From NCBI GenBank assembly GCA_049453935.1, contig JBMTXX010000001.1, forward strand, positions 1 through 43,030: 43,030 nt of DNA, in the 5' to 3' direction. The position numbers were made by a program, and so were the translations under genes. Below, piece after piece: positions 19,788-29,261 of this stretch (within the stretch, counting starts at the first letter, position 1; every line of letters begins with the position of its first letter). The notes beneath the pieces are model-generated. The model made no database searches. It was not told the DNA's origin and worked only from the letters and a program-made list of their open reading frames with translations. Source of the DNA: Rubrivivax sp. GTDB lineage: Bacteria > Pseudomonadota > Gammaproteobacteria > Burkholderiales > Burkholderiaceae_C.

Positions 19788-20678
19788 ATGCAGGTTCGCA
19801 CCTACCTGCAACTGTCCGTGGCCGTCGCGGTCGCCACGATCGCACTGAAGACGGGGGCCTGGTGGGTCAGCGGCTCCGTCAGCCTGTTGTCCGATGCGAT
19901 GGAGTCGCTGGTCAACCTGGCTGGCGCGCTTTTCGCGTTGGCGATGGTGACCGTTGCCGCGCGTCCACCTGACGAGGATCATCCTTACGGGCACCACAAG
20001 GCCGAGTACTTTTCCAGCGGCTTCGAGGGCGTGCTCATCCTCGTGGCGGCGCTCGCGATCATCGGTGCGGCGTTGCACCGGCTGTGGGACCCGCAGCCGC
20101 TGGAGCAACTGGGCTTGGGGTTGGCGCTGTCTGTCGTGAGTTCGGTGCTCAACGGGGTGCTCGCCTGGGCCATGTTGCGCAAGGCGCGTGAGCATCGCTC
20201 CATGGCGCTCGAGGCCGATGCGCGTCATCTGTTCACCGACGTCTGGACGTCCGCAGGTGTCGTCGGTGGGCTCGTCGCGGTCGGGCTCACCGGCTGGCTC
20301 TGGCTCGATGCAGTCCTCGCGATCGCGGTCGCGCTGAACATCCTGCGCGAGGGTGTTTCACTCGTGAGACGGTCTGCCGACGGATTGATGGACCGCGCGG
20401 TTGAGCCCGAGGTCCTTCAGGACATCGAGCGCACGCTCGAAGGGTTTCGGCATGCAGCCATCCGCTTCGATCACATCGTCACGCGTCGCGCCGGTCGCCG
20501 CCGCTTCGTCGAACTGCACATGCACATGCCGTCCGGTTGGTCGTTGGGTCGCGCCGCGGCGCTGCGCACCTCCGTGGAGCAGGCACTGATGAGTGTCGTT
20601 CCGGGGCTGCGAGCGACGATCCAGCTCCTGCCGATGGACGTCGAGGCGGGTCATCACGACGACGGGGATCCGCTTTGA
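19788..20678 (+). CDS. Cation diffusion facilitator (FieF-like) transporter
   Basis: SLLSDAMES, PPDEDHPYGHHKAE and ADARHLFTD; TM core plus cytoplasmic dimerisation domain. Confidence 0.92.
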   Translation: MQVRTYLQLSVAVAVATIALKTGAWWVSGSVSLLSDAMESLVNLAGALFALAMVTVAARPPDEDHPYGHHKAEYFSSGFEGVLILVAALAIIGAALHRLWDPQPLEQLGLGLALSVVSSVLNGVLAWAMLRKAREHRSMALEADARHLFTDVWTSAGVVGGLVAVGLTGWLWLDAVLAIAVALNILREGVSLVRRSADGLMDRAVEPEVLQDIERTLEGFRHAAIRFDHIVTRRAGRRRFVELHMHMPSGWSLGRAAALRTSVEQALMSVVPGLRATIQLLPMDVEAGHHDDGDPL

Positions 20679-20718
20679 GCGCCGATGGGCGCCGCTGCAG
20701 GCAACCGAGGGTCCGACG

Positions 20719-21168
20719 ATGATCGGTGTGCTGCAGCGCGTCCGTCAGGCACGGGTGGAGATCCAGGGGGAGGTGGTCGGCGCCATCGATCACGGGCTGC
20801 TCGTGCTGGTGTGCGCGCAGCCTTCGGACACCCCGGCCACCGCGGCACGGTTCGTCGACAAGGTGCTGAAGCTGCGTGTCTTCGCCGACCAGGACGGACG
20901 CATGAACCGCAGTGTGGTCGATGTCGGGGGTGGGCTGCTCGTGGTGTCGCAGTTCACGCTGGCGGCCGACACGCGCAGTGGAAACCGCCCGGGCTTTTCG
21001 GGCGCAGCCCCGCCGGCACAGGGTCAGGCGCTCTACGAGCACGTGCTGCGTATCGCGCGCGAGCGGCATGCGCCGGTGGCCAGCGGCCGCTTCGGCGCCG
21101 ACATGCAGGTGCATCTGGTCAACGACGGCCCGGTGACGATTCCGCTGCAGGTCGCGGATCCCGACTGA
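20719..21168 (+). CDS. dtd: D-aminoacyl-tRNA deacylase
   Basis: LQRV, SQFTL, GNRPGF and FGADMQVHLVNDGPVT. Confidence 0.96.
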   Translation: MIGVLQRVRQARVEIQGEVVGAIDHGLLVLVCAQPSDTPATAARFVDKVLKLRVFADQDGRMNRSVVDVGGGLLVVSQFTLAADTRSGNRPGFSGAAPPAQGQALYEHVLRIARERHAPVASGRFGADMQVHLVNDGPVTIPLQVADPD

Positions 21169-21173
21169 AAGAC

Positions 21174-21199
21174 AAAGGGCCGGCGAGGCCGGCCCTTTT
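21174..21199. terminator. Bidirectional intrinsic terminator between dtd and the TctC/Bug gene
   Basis: AAAGGGCCGGC-GAG-GCCGGCCCTTTT. Confidence 0.85.
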
Positions 21200-21219
21200 C
21201 GTCACGCAGCCTCGTCCGA

Positions 21220-22191
21220 TCAGTCGGCGTACTGGCCTGCGGCCTTGATGGCGACGCCCCACTTGTCGATCTCGGCAGCCACGAACTTCTTGTGGCCAGC
21301 CGGCGACAGCCTGTCGTCGTTGACGATCACCGCGCCCAGCGCTTCTTGTTTCTTCACGAACTCAGGTTCTTTCAGCGCCGCACGCAAGGCGGTGTTGATC
21401 GCTCCCGTCACCGCAGCGGGCGTGCCCTTGGGCGCATACAGACCGTGCCAGACCGAGACGTTGAAGCCCTTGAGGCCTTGGCTGTCCATCGTGGGAAGCT
21501 TGGACAACGCCGGCGTCGTCAGCGGTTGCAGGGTCGAGACTGCATAAGCCTTGACCTTTCCTGCGGCGATCTGGCCCGTCGTGTTCGTGGTCTGGTCGCA
21601 CATCAGGTCGACCTGACCGCCGAGAAGGTCGGTCATGGCAGGCGCGGTGCCCTTGTAGGGCACCGTGGTCATGTCCACAGCCACGCTCTGCTGGAACAGC
21701 AGGCCACACAGGTGAGACGCTGCGCCCAGGCCGGCGTTGGCGAGGTTGATCTTGCCCTTGTTGTCATCGAGCCACTTCTTCAACTCGGCAAAGTTGTTGG
21801 CTGGCAAGCTTGGGCGACCGATCAGGGTCATCGGGACTTCATTGACCATCCCGAGATATTCGAAGTCTTCCAGGGCCTTGAATGGAAGCTTGCGATACAG
21901 CGAAGCCGAGGTGGCCATGCCGATGTGGTAAAGCAGCAAGGTGTGCCCGTCGGCCGCGGCCTTGGCGACTTTGTTGGCCCCCAGCGTGCCGCCGGCGCCG
22001 CCGACGTTCTCGATCACGACCGTCTGGTTGTTCAGCCCCTTGCTGAGGACCACAGCCAGATCGCGCGCGACCTTGTCGGTCGGCCCGCCGGCAGCGAACG
22101 GCACGACGATGGTCACGGGCTTTTCCGGGTACGCGGCCAGCACGGCGGCGCTCAGGGTCGCAAGGGTGATGGCGGTGAGCGTCTTCTTCAT
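21220..22191 (-). CDS. Tripartite tricarboxylate transporter substrate-binding protein (TctC/Bug family)
   Basis: Signal peptide, YPEKPVTIVVPFAAGGPTD, ENVGGAGG, VPYKGTAPA..DLLGGQVD and WHGLYAPKGTP. Confidence 0.95.
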   Translation of the reverse strand: MKKTLTAITLATLSAAVLAAYPEKPVTIVVPFAAGGPTDKVARDLAVVLSKGLNNQTVVIENVGGAGGTLGANKVAKAAADGHTLLLYHIGMATSASLYRKLPFKALEDFEYLGMVNEVPMTLIGRPSLPANNFAELKKWLDDNKGKINLANAGLGAASHLCGLLFQQSVAVDMTTVPYKGTAPAMTDLLGGQVDLMCDQTTNTTGQIAAGKVKAYAVSTLQPLTTPALSKLPTMDSQGLKGFNVSVWHGLYAPKGTPAAVTGAINTALRAALKEPEFVKKQEALGAVIVNDDRLSPAGHKKFVAAEIDKWGVAIKAAGQYAD

Positions 22192-22338
22192 CGCGGAATC
22201 TCCAGGAAGTCAGGGGGAATGAAAAGGAAATACCCGTAGGTTGGCGGAATATAGAGGCAACCGGGTCGGGTCGTGTGGCGGAAAACACGTATCCACATGC
22301 AGTACTGGCGGGCCGGCGGGCCGGTGAGCCTGCCGTTC

Positions 22339-23625
22339 TCAAGCGTACTTGCGTGCGTCCTCGATCACCTTGCCGTCGTTGGGCAGCGTCCCCGGCCCCA
22401 CCAGCCGGACCTCGCAGCGCAGCTTGGTCACGTCGCGCACCGATGCCGCCAGCGCGTCCCGCAGGTGATCGCCCGGCGCAGGCGTCTCGGCATGCAGCGT
22501 CATGCGGTCGTTGGCCATCTCGCCTTCGACCACCAGCCGCGCGCGTCCGACGTCCGGGTGACGGCGCAGCACGTCTGCGACCTGACTCGGGTGGACGAAC
22601 ATCCCGCGGACCTTGGCCGTCTGGTCGGCTCGGCCCATCCAGCCCTTGATCCGCAGGTTGGTTCGGCCGGTCGGACAGGTGCCCGGCAACACCGCAGACA
22701 GATCACCGGTGCCGAAGCGCACGAGCGGGTAGTCGTGCTGGAGCACGGTGACCACGACCTCGCCGACCTCGCCATCAGGCACCGGTTCGCCCGTGCCCGG
22801 GCGCACGATCTCGACGATCACCCCTTCGTCGACGACCAAGCCTTCGCGCGATGCGGTTTCGTAGGCGATGAGTCCGACATCGGCCGTGGCGTAGGCCTGG
22901 TAGCCCTGGATGCCGCGCTCGGCCAGCCAGTCGCGCAGCGACGGGGGGAAGGCCTCGCCGCTGACCAGTGCCTTGCGCAGCGAGGGCAGCGCAAGGCCCG
23001 CTTCCTGGGCTTTTTCCAGCAGGATGCGCAGGAAGCTCGGTGTGCCGCAATAGCCGTCGGGGCGCAGATCGGAGATCGCCTGCAACTGCAGCTCGGTGTT
23101 GCCCACGCCGCCAGGAAACACGGTGCAACCCAGCGCCTGCGCACCCGACTCCATCATCCATGCGCCGGGCGTCAGGTGGTAGCTGAAACTGTTGTGGATC
23201 AGGTCGCCCGGCCCGAAACCCGCCGCAGCCAGCGCGCGCGCGATGCGCCAGTAGTCGCCAGACCCGCCTTCGGGCTCGTAGATGGGCCCGGGGGACTGGT
23301 AGACGCGCCGGGCACCGGACAGGCCGCGCAGGCCACGCCAGCCGATGGCCGAGTACCCGCCGAAGGGGTCGATCGCGCGTTGCGCCTGCTGCTGCTCGAG
23401 CAGCACCGGCTTGCGGGTCACGGGCAAGGTGGCCAGCGCAGCACGGCTGTGCACGCGCGTCGCGTCCACACCTGCCAGAGATCGCGCCTGCGCGGGGGTG
23501 CGCTGCGCTGCGGCGATCACGCCCGGCAGCGCTGCCGCCAGGGCCCTCTGCCTGTCCTGAGGCGAACGGGTTTCCAGGTCGTCCAGAAACCCCGGGGCTG
23601 GGGCAGTCGGCGCTTCAATCATCAC
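22339..23625 (-). CDS. Phenylacetate--CoA ligase (PaaK)-like adenylate-forming enzyme
   Basis: SPGPIYEP, YCGTPSF, SGEAF, YATADVG, RFGTGDLS and GRADQTAKVRGMFV. Confidence 0.88.
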   Translation of the reverse strand: MMIEAPTAPAPGFLDDLETRSPQDRQRALAAALPGVIAAAQRTPAQARSLAGVDATRVHSRAALATLPVTRKPVLLEQQQAQRAIDPFGGYSAIGWRGLRGLSGARRVYQSPGPIYEPEGGSGDYWRIARALAAAGFGPGDLIHNSFSYHLTPGAWMMESGAQALGCTVFPGGVGNTELQLQAISDLRPDGYCGTPSFLRILLEKAQEAGLALPSLRKALVSGEAFPPSLRDWLAERGIQGYQAYATADVGLIAYETASREGLVVDEGVIVEIVRPGTGEPVPDGEVGEVVVTVLQHDYPLVRFGTGDLSAVLPGTCPTGRTNLRIKGWMGRADQTAKVRGMFVHPSQVADVLRRHPDVGRARLVVEGEMANDRMTLHAETPAPGDHLRDALAASVRDVTKLRCEVRLVGPGTLPNDGKVIEDARKYA

Positions 23626-23923
23626 GGTCGCTCCACATGGCGAGCTTCTTCTTCAGATCCTGGGTGAATTCGCGCACGTCGGCGCCGTTGCGCAGCGCCC
23701 GGCGCTGCCATTCCGGCCCGGCTCGCAGCGGGCGCTTGACGACGGCGGCGTCGAGCGTGTGCTCGTCGTCGAGTGCCACACGCGCGATGGCCAGGCCGCG
23801 GCGCTCGAACGTCCCGGCACGCTCTGACAGGCCCATCTCGCGCAAGGCGCGCCGCAGGCCCTGCAAAGCCTCATCGGGCCTGAACGGCGGCGGCGTGAAA
23901 CCGAAGGCGTCGTCTTCGGCCAT
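23615..23923 (-). CDS. Hypothetical protein (102 aa) inside the operon
   Basis: Fills the gap between the ABC ATPase (5 bp gap) and the PaaK-like gene (11 bp overlap); protein-like composition. Confidence 0.75.
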   Translation of the reverse strand: MAEDDAFGFTPPPFRPDEALQGLRRALREMGLSERAGTFERRGLAIARVALDDEHTLDAAVVKRPLRAGPEWQRRALRNGADVREFTQDLKKKLAMWSDRDD

Positions 23924-23928
23924 GCGCT

Positions 23929-24735
23929 TCAGGCCAGCCAGCGCTTGCGGCGCTTGTAGCTCTTGACGTCCTTGAAGCTCTTGCGATCACCCCCGCCCAT
24001 GCCGAGGTAGAACTCCTTGACGTCCTCGTTCTCGCGCAACGACTTCGCCTCGCCGTCCATCACGACGCGGCCGTTCTCGAGGATGTAGCCGTAGTCGGCG
24101 TAGCGCAGCGCCATGTTGGTGTTCTGCTCGGCCAGCAGGAAGGTCACGCGTTCCTTGGTGTTGAGGTCCTTGACGATCTCGAACACCTCTTCGACGATCT
24201 GCGGCGCCAGCCCCATCGACGGCTCGTCGAGCAGCACCATCTTCGGGTTGGCCATCAGCGCGCGGCCGATGGCGCACATCTGCTGCTCGCCACCGGAGGT
24301 GTAGGCGGCCTGCGAGGACCGTCGTGTCTTCAGCCGAGGAAAGTAGTTGTAGACCTTCTCCAGCGTTTGCGCCACGGCTGCCTTGCCGTCCTTGCGCGTG
24401 TAGGCGCCGGTCATCAGGTTCTCCTCGATGGTCAGATGCGCGAAGCAGTGTCGCCCTTCCATCACCTGGATCACGCCTCGCTCGACCATGTCGGCGGTGG
24501 TGAGCTTCTCGATGCGCTCGCCACGCAATTCGATCGACCCCTTGGTGACCTCGCCGCGTTCCCCGGCGAGCAGGTTGCTGACCGCGCGCAGCGTGGTCGT
24601 CTTGCCCGCGCCGTTGCCCCCGAGCAGGGCGACGACGCCGCCTTCGCGCACTTGCAAGGACACGCCCTTCAGCACGAGGATCACATGGCTGTAGATGACC
24701 TCGATGCCGTTGACGTTCAGGAGGATGTTGCTCAT
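23929..24735 (-). CDS. ABC transporter ATP-binding protein, LivF-like
   Basis: GGNGAGKTT, SGGEQQM and LLDEPSMGLAP; GGAG SD upstream of ATG 24735. Confidence 0.93.
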   Translation of the reverse strand: MSNILLNVNGIEVIYSHVILVLKGVSLQVREGGVVALLGGNGAGKTTTLRAVSNLLAGERGEVTKGSIELRGERIEKLTTADMVERGVIQVMEGRHCFAHLTIEENLMTGAYTRKDGKAAVAQTLEKVYNYFPRLKTRRSSQAAYTSGGEQQMCAIGRALMANPKMVLLDEPSMGLAPQIVEEVFEIVKDLNTKERVTFLLAEQNTNMALRYADYGYILENGRVVMDGEAKSLRENEDVKEFYLGMGGGDRKSFKDVKSYKRRKRWLA

Positions 24736-24891
24736 GGTCGCTTCCGGTGGCTCCTGCAGAGGCGGCACGCCGCACCTGCAGCAGGGCACCCCAGGGTGCC
24801 TCGATCCGGGCCCATGCGACGGTGGGGGGTGCGCGTCGCCGGGTCTGTCGACGCCGGGCCGCGGGGCCCGACGTCCTTGCACATCAGCGCA

Positions 24892-26238
24892 TCAGGATTG
24901 GCAGTCCGACGCGGGACGGCGCTCGATCTTCTTCTCGGCGGCGTACTTGTCAGCAGCGGCCTTGATCATCGGGTTGATGACCGCGGCGTCTGACTGGTAC
25001 CAGTCGGAGGTGAAGTTCCACTTGCTGCCGTCCCAGGTGTGCACACGCGCCCATGTCGAGCCGCGGTGGTCGCTGCAGCTCGTCGTCACCGGCCTCATCA
25101 CGCCCGCGAAGCCCAGCGCGTCGAGCTTGTCCTGCGTGAGATTCAGGTTCTCGATGCCCCAGCGCACCTGCTCTCCGGTCATGACCTTGCCCTTGCCGAA
25201 ACGCTCCTGCGCGCGACGCACGCCTTCGACGCCGAGCATGGCGGAGATCATGCCGCGCATGTACAGCACTTGGCCGACGTCCTCGCGCGGGCCGGTGCCC
25301 TGGCCCTTGTCATGCACGGAGCTCAACACCTCCTTGATGACGGCGGCGTTGGGTTCGGCACCATGCTGCATCGCCAGTGCGTTGTAGCCCTTGGCGCCCA
25401 TGCCGACGTCCTTGACATCGGGCTCTGCGCCAGCCCACCACACGCCGTAGATCTTCTCGCGCGGGTAGCCCGTGGCCTGGGCCTCCTTCAGGGCGGTGGA
25501 GTTCATCACGCCCCAGCCCCACAGCAGCACGTAGTCGGGGCGCTGCTGCCGCACTTGCAGCCAGGCCGCCTTCTGCTCGACACCCGGGTGGGTGACAGGG
25601 ATCATCGAGGCCTGGAAGCCGTGCAGCTTGCTGCGCGCTTCCACCAGCGGGATCGGCTCCTTGCCATAGGGGCTGTCGTGGTAGACCAGCGCGATCTTCT
25701 TGCCCTTGAGCTTGTCCCAGCCGCCTTCTTTCTTCGCGATGTGCTGCAGCAGGATGTCCGCGGCGTCCCAGTAGGTGCCCAGCAGCGGGAAGTTCCACTT
25801 GAAGACCATGCCGTCCACGCTCTCGCTGCGCCCGTAGCCGGCCGTGATCAGCGGGATCTTGTCGCCGGGGGCTTTTTCGGTCAGCGCAAACGTGATGCCC
25901 GTGGACAGCGGCTGGAAGACGGTGGCGCCGCCGTTCTTGCCCTTCAGGCGCTCGTAGCACTCGACGCCTCGGTCGGTGGCGTAGCCGGTCTCGCACTCCT
26001 CGAAGCTGACCTTCACGCCGTTGATGCCGCCTCTGGCGTTGATGAGCTTGAGGTAGTCGACATAACCGTTGGCGAACGGCACGCCGTTCGGGGCATAGGC
26101 ACCCGTGCGGTAGACCAGCACCGGGAAGAACTGCTCTGCCGGCTGCGCAAAGCTGGGCGTGGCGGTGACCAGGCTGGCCACGGCGGCGACCGAGGCGGCC
26201 GCCACCGCAAAGGGTTTCGCAAGGGATTTCAGTCGCAT
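24892..26238 (-). CDS. ABC transporter substrate-binding protein (LivJ-like fold)
   Basis: Signal peptide MRLKSLAKPF..SFAQ, INARGGINGVK, KIALVYHDSPYGKE and RPDYVLLWGWG; CAGGAG SD upstream. Confidence 0.92.
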   Translation of the reverse strand: MRLKSLAKPFAVAAASVAAVASLVTATPSFAQPAEQFFPVLVYRTGAYAPNGVPFANGYVDYLKLINARGGINGVKVSFEECETGYATDRGVECYERLKGKNGGATVFQPLSTGITFALTEKAPGDKIPLITAGYGRSESVDGMVFKWNFPLLGTYWDAADILLQHIAKKEGGWDKLKGKKIALVYHDSPYGKEPIPLVEARSKLHGFQASMIPVTHPGVEQKAAWLQVRQQRPDYVLLWGWGVMNSTALKEAQATGYPREKIYGVWWAGAEPDVKDVGMGAKGYNALAMQHGAEPNAAVIKEVLSSVHDKGQGTGPREDVGQVLYMRGMISAMLGVEGVRRAQERFGKGKVMTGEQVRWGIENLNLTQDKLDALGFAGVMRPVTTSCSDHRGSTWARVHTWDGSKWNFTSDWYQSDAAVINPMIKAAADKYAAEKKIERRPASDCQS

Positions 26239-26306
26239 CACAAGTCTCCTGGTGGGTTGCACATCGCTGTGCGGGGAAGAAAGGAAAGGCCGAAGCGCGG
26301 GCGCGC

Positions 26307-27383
26307 TCAGTGCGGGAACGGCCACAGGCGCAACTTCTCCTTGGCCGTGGTCCACAGGCGCGCCAGCCCGTGCGGCTCGACGATGAGGAAGAAGACGATC
26401 AGCGCGCCGAAGATCATGAACTCCGTGTGCGCGACCGCCGCCGTGCTCACCGTCACGCCGACCAGGCTGCCCAGCCAGGGCAGGAACTGGTTCAGGAACA
26501 CTGGCAGGATCACGATGAAGGCTGCACCGAAGAAGCTGCCCATGATCGAGCCCAGCCCGCCGATGATGATCATGAACAGCAGTTGGAAAGAGCGCTCGAT
26601 CGAGAAGGCCGCGGGCTCCCACGAGCTCAGGTGCACAAAGCCCCACAACGCGCCGGCCACACCGACGATGAACGAACTCACCGCGAACGCGGTGAGCTTG
26701 GCATAGACGGGACGGATTCCGATCACCGCCGCGGCCACGTCCATGTCGCGGATCGCCATCCACTCCCGACCGATGTGGCTGCGCACGAGGTTCTTCGCCA
26801 GCCAGGCAAAGATGACCAGGATGGCCAGGCACAGCAGGTACTTCTCCATCGGGGTGTTCACCGAGATCCCGAACACCTCCAGGCCGGACACGGAGACCGA
26901 TCCCGACGACGAGTTGTTGGTGAACCACTTGATGCGCAGGAAGGCCCACTCGACGAAGAACTGTGCGGCCAGCGTGGCCACCGCCAGGTACAGCCCCTTG
27001 ATGCGCAGCGACGGGATGCCGAAGGCCACGCCGACGATCGTGGCGAACACGCCACCGATGAGCAGCGCGGCCAGCAGCGGCATGCCCTCGACACGCACGA
27101 AGGCGTTGTAGGCCGCATAGGCCCCCACGGCCATGAAGGCGCCGGTGCCCAGCGAGATCTGCCCGCAGTAGCCCACCAGGATGTTCAGCCCGAGGGCAGC
27201 CAGCGACAGGATCAGGAAGGGGATCAGGATCGCGCGGAACAGGTACTCGTCGGCGAGCAGCGGCACGCCCACGAAGGCAAATGCCAGCAGCAAGACGATG
27301 AAGACCCGGTCCTGTGCGATCGGGAAGATGCCCAAATCCTTCGGGTAGCTGGTCTTGAACTGACCGTTCTCGCGGTAGATCAT
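26307..27383 (-). CDS. Branched-chain amino acid-type ABC permease, LivM-like
   Basis: GLNILVGYCGQISLG, LRIKGLYLAVATLA and IIGGLGS. Confidence 0.93.
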   Translation of the reverse strand: MIYRENGQFKTSYPKDLGIFPIAQDRVFIVLLLAFAFVGVPLLADEYLFRAILIPFLILSLAALGLNILVGYCGQISLGTGAFMAVGAYAAYNAFVRVEGMPLLAALLIGGVFATIVGVAFGIPSLRIKGLYLAVATLAAQFFVEWAFLRIKWFTNNSSSGSVSVSGLEVFGISVNTPMEKYLLCLAILVIFAWLAKNLVRSHIGREWMAIRDMDVAAAVIGIRPVYAKLTAFAVSSFIVGVAGALWGFVHLSSWEPAAFSIERSFQLLFMIIIGGLGSIMGSFFGAAFIVILPVFLNQFLPWLGSLVGVTVSTAAVAHTEFMIFGALIVFFLIVEPHGLARLWTTAKEKLRLWPFPH

Positions 27384-27513
27384 GCGCCGACCCTCCCTGT
27401 GCGCGGTGTCGTGTTCGTCGTGCCCGAGCCGCGGCCGCGCCGGGCGTGCCGCAGCGGCACGCAGCCGTCTGCGGAGGTGGTGTCGGTTTCGAAATCGTGG
27501 CGTGGCATGGTCT

Positions 27514-28443
27514 TCACACCCGGTCGATGATCTTCTCGCCGAACAGCCCCTGCGGCCGCACCAGCAGCACGAACAGCACCAGCACGTAGCCGAACCAGAT
27601 CTCGATACCGCCGCCGATGTGCTGTCCGATGTACACCTCGGACAGCTTTTCGCCCACGCCGATGATGAGCCCGCCGATGATGGCGCCAGGCACCGAGGTC
27701 AAGCCGCCCAGGATCACCACCGGCAGCGCCTTCAGCGCCACCAGCGACAGCGAGAACTGCACCCCGAGTTTGCTGCCCCAGATCACACCTGCCACCAGCG
27801 CGACAAAGCCCGCCACGCTCCAGACGATCACCCAGATGCGGTTCAGCGGGATGCCGATCGACTGTGCGGCCTGGTGGTCGTCGGCCACCGCGCGCAGCGC
27901 GCGACCGGTGCTGGTGTACTGGAAGAACAACGACAGCACGATGACCAGCGCCGCGGCGATCACGGCCGCGTAGAGGTCTTCCTTGCTGATCAGCACACCG
28001 CCGTCGAACACGCTCTCCAGCAGGAAGATCGGGTCCTTGGGCAGCCCGACATCGATCTTGTAGATGTCGCTGCCGAACAGGGTCTGGCCAAAGCCGTCGA
28101 GAAAATACGTGATGCCCAGCGTGGCCATCAGCAGCGTGATGCCCTCCTGGTTGACCAGTTTCGACAACGCCAGACGCTCGACCGCCCAGGCGACCGCGAT
28201 CATGACCGCCATGGCCCCGATGAAGGCCAGCACATTGGCCAGCACCTTGCTGTCGAAACCCATCAGTGCCGGGAACCACTCCGAGAAGCGTGCCATCGCC
28301 AGCGCGGCGAACAACACCATCGCGCCCTGGGCGAAGTTGAAGACGCCGCTGGCCTTGAAGATCAGCACGAAGCCCAGTGCGATCAACGAGTACAGCATGC
28401 CGGCCATCAGGCCGCCGAACAAGGTCTCGAGGAAGAATCCCAT
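27514..28443 (-). CDS. Branched-chain amino acid-type ABC permease, LivH-like
   Basis: YSLIALGFVLI..FNFAQG, GRALRAVA and RPQGLFG. Confidence 0.93.
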   Translation of the reverse strand: MGFFLETLFGGLMAGMLYSLIALGFVLIFKASGVFNFAQGAMVLFAALAMARFSEWFPALMGFDSKVLANVLAFIGAMAVMIAVAWAVERLALSKLVNQEGITLLMATLGITYFLDGFGQTLFGSDIYKIDVGLPKDPIFLLESVFDGGVLISKEDLYAAVIAAALVIVLSLFFQYTSTGRALRAVADDHQAAQSIGIPLNRIWVIVWSVAGFVALVAGVIWGSKLGVQFSLSLVALKALPVVILGGLTSVPGAIIGGLIIGVGEKLSEVYIGQHIGGGIEIWFGYVLVLFVLLVRPQGLFGEKIIDRV

Positions 28444-28458
28444 GGCGTGCGTCCCTGC

Positions 28459-29244
28459 TCAGTGGCTGGTGCCGAGGTAGGCGTTGATCACGTCCGGGTT
28501 GGCGCGCACCTCGGCCGGCGTGCCGTCGCCGATCTTCTTGCCGTAGTCGAGCACGACCACGCGGTCGGAGATGTCCATCACCACGCCCATGTCGTGCTCG
28601 ATCAGCACGATGGTGGTGCCGAACTCGTCGTTGACGTCGAGCACGAAGCGGCACATGTCCTGCTTTTCCTCGACGTTCATGCCGGCCATCGGCTCGTCCA
28701 GCAGCAGCACCTGCGGCTCCATCGCCAGCGCCCGTCCCAGGTCCACGCGTTTCTGCAGGCCGTAGGGCAGGCGGCCCACGGGTGTCTTGCGCCACGCCTG
28801 GATCTCGAGGAAGTCGATGATGCGTTCGACGAAGCGCCGGTGTTCGCTTTCCTCGCGCTCGGCGGCACCGAAACGGATGGCCTGCTGGAACAGGTTGGTC
28901 TTCATCCGCAGGTTGCGCCCGGTCATGATGTTGTCGAGCACGCTCATGCCCTTGAACAGCGCCAGGTTCTGGAAGGTCCGCGCCACCCCCATCTCCGCGA
29001 CCTGACGGCTGTTCATGTGGCTGAAGGTCTGCCCGCGAAAGCGGATCGAGCCTTGTTGCGGCGTGTAGACGCCGTTGATGCAGTTCAGCATCGAGCTCTT
29101 GCCCGCGCCATTCGGGCCGATGATGGCGCGGACCTCGTGTTCACGCACATCGAAGCTGATGTCGGTCAGCGCCTTGACGCCGCCGAAACTCAGCGAGATG
29201 TTCTTCACCTCGAGGATGACGTCGCCGATCTTGCGTTCTGTCAT
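28459..29244 (-). CDS. ABC transporter ATP-binding protein, LivG-like
   Basis: GPNGAGKS, ARTFQN, LPYGLQKR, LLDEPMAG and IEHDM. Confidence 0.94.
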   Translation of the reverse strand: MTERKIGDVILEVKNISLSFGGVKALTDISFDVREHEVRAIIGPNGAGKSSMLNCINGVYTPQQGSIRFRGQTFSHMNSRQVAEMGVARTFQNLALFKGMSVLDNIMTGRNLRMKTNLFQQAIRFGAAEREESEHRRFVERIIDFLEIQAWRKTPVGRLPYGLQKRVDLGRALAMEPQVLLLDEPMAGMNVEEKQDMCRFVLDVNDEFGTTIVLIEHDMGVVMDISDRVVVLDYGKKIGDGTPAEVRANPDVINAYLGTSH

Positions 29245-29261
29245 GTCGCGTCCCCGGGTCC

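Noticed and set aside
16876-19845. 989-aa giant M23 protein
   Set aside because: The N-terminal half is the antisense of tyrS; the real protein starts near 18249.
24892-26949. 685-aa extended binding protein
   Set aside because: The upstream part overlaps the LivM-like gene out of frame; the signal peptide and SD define the start at 26238.
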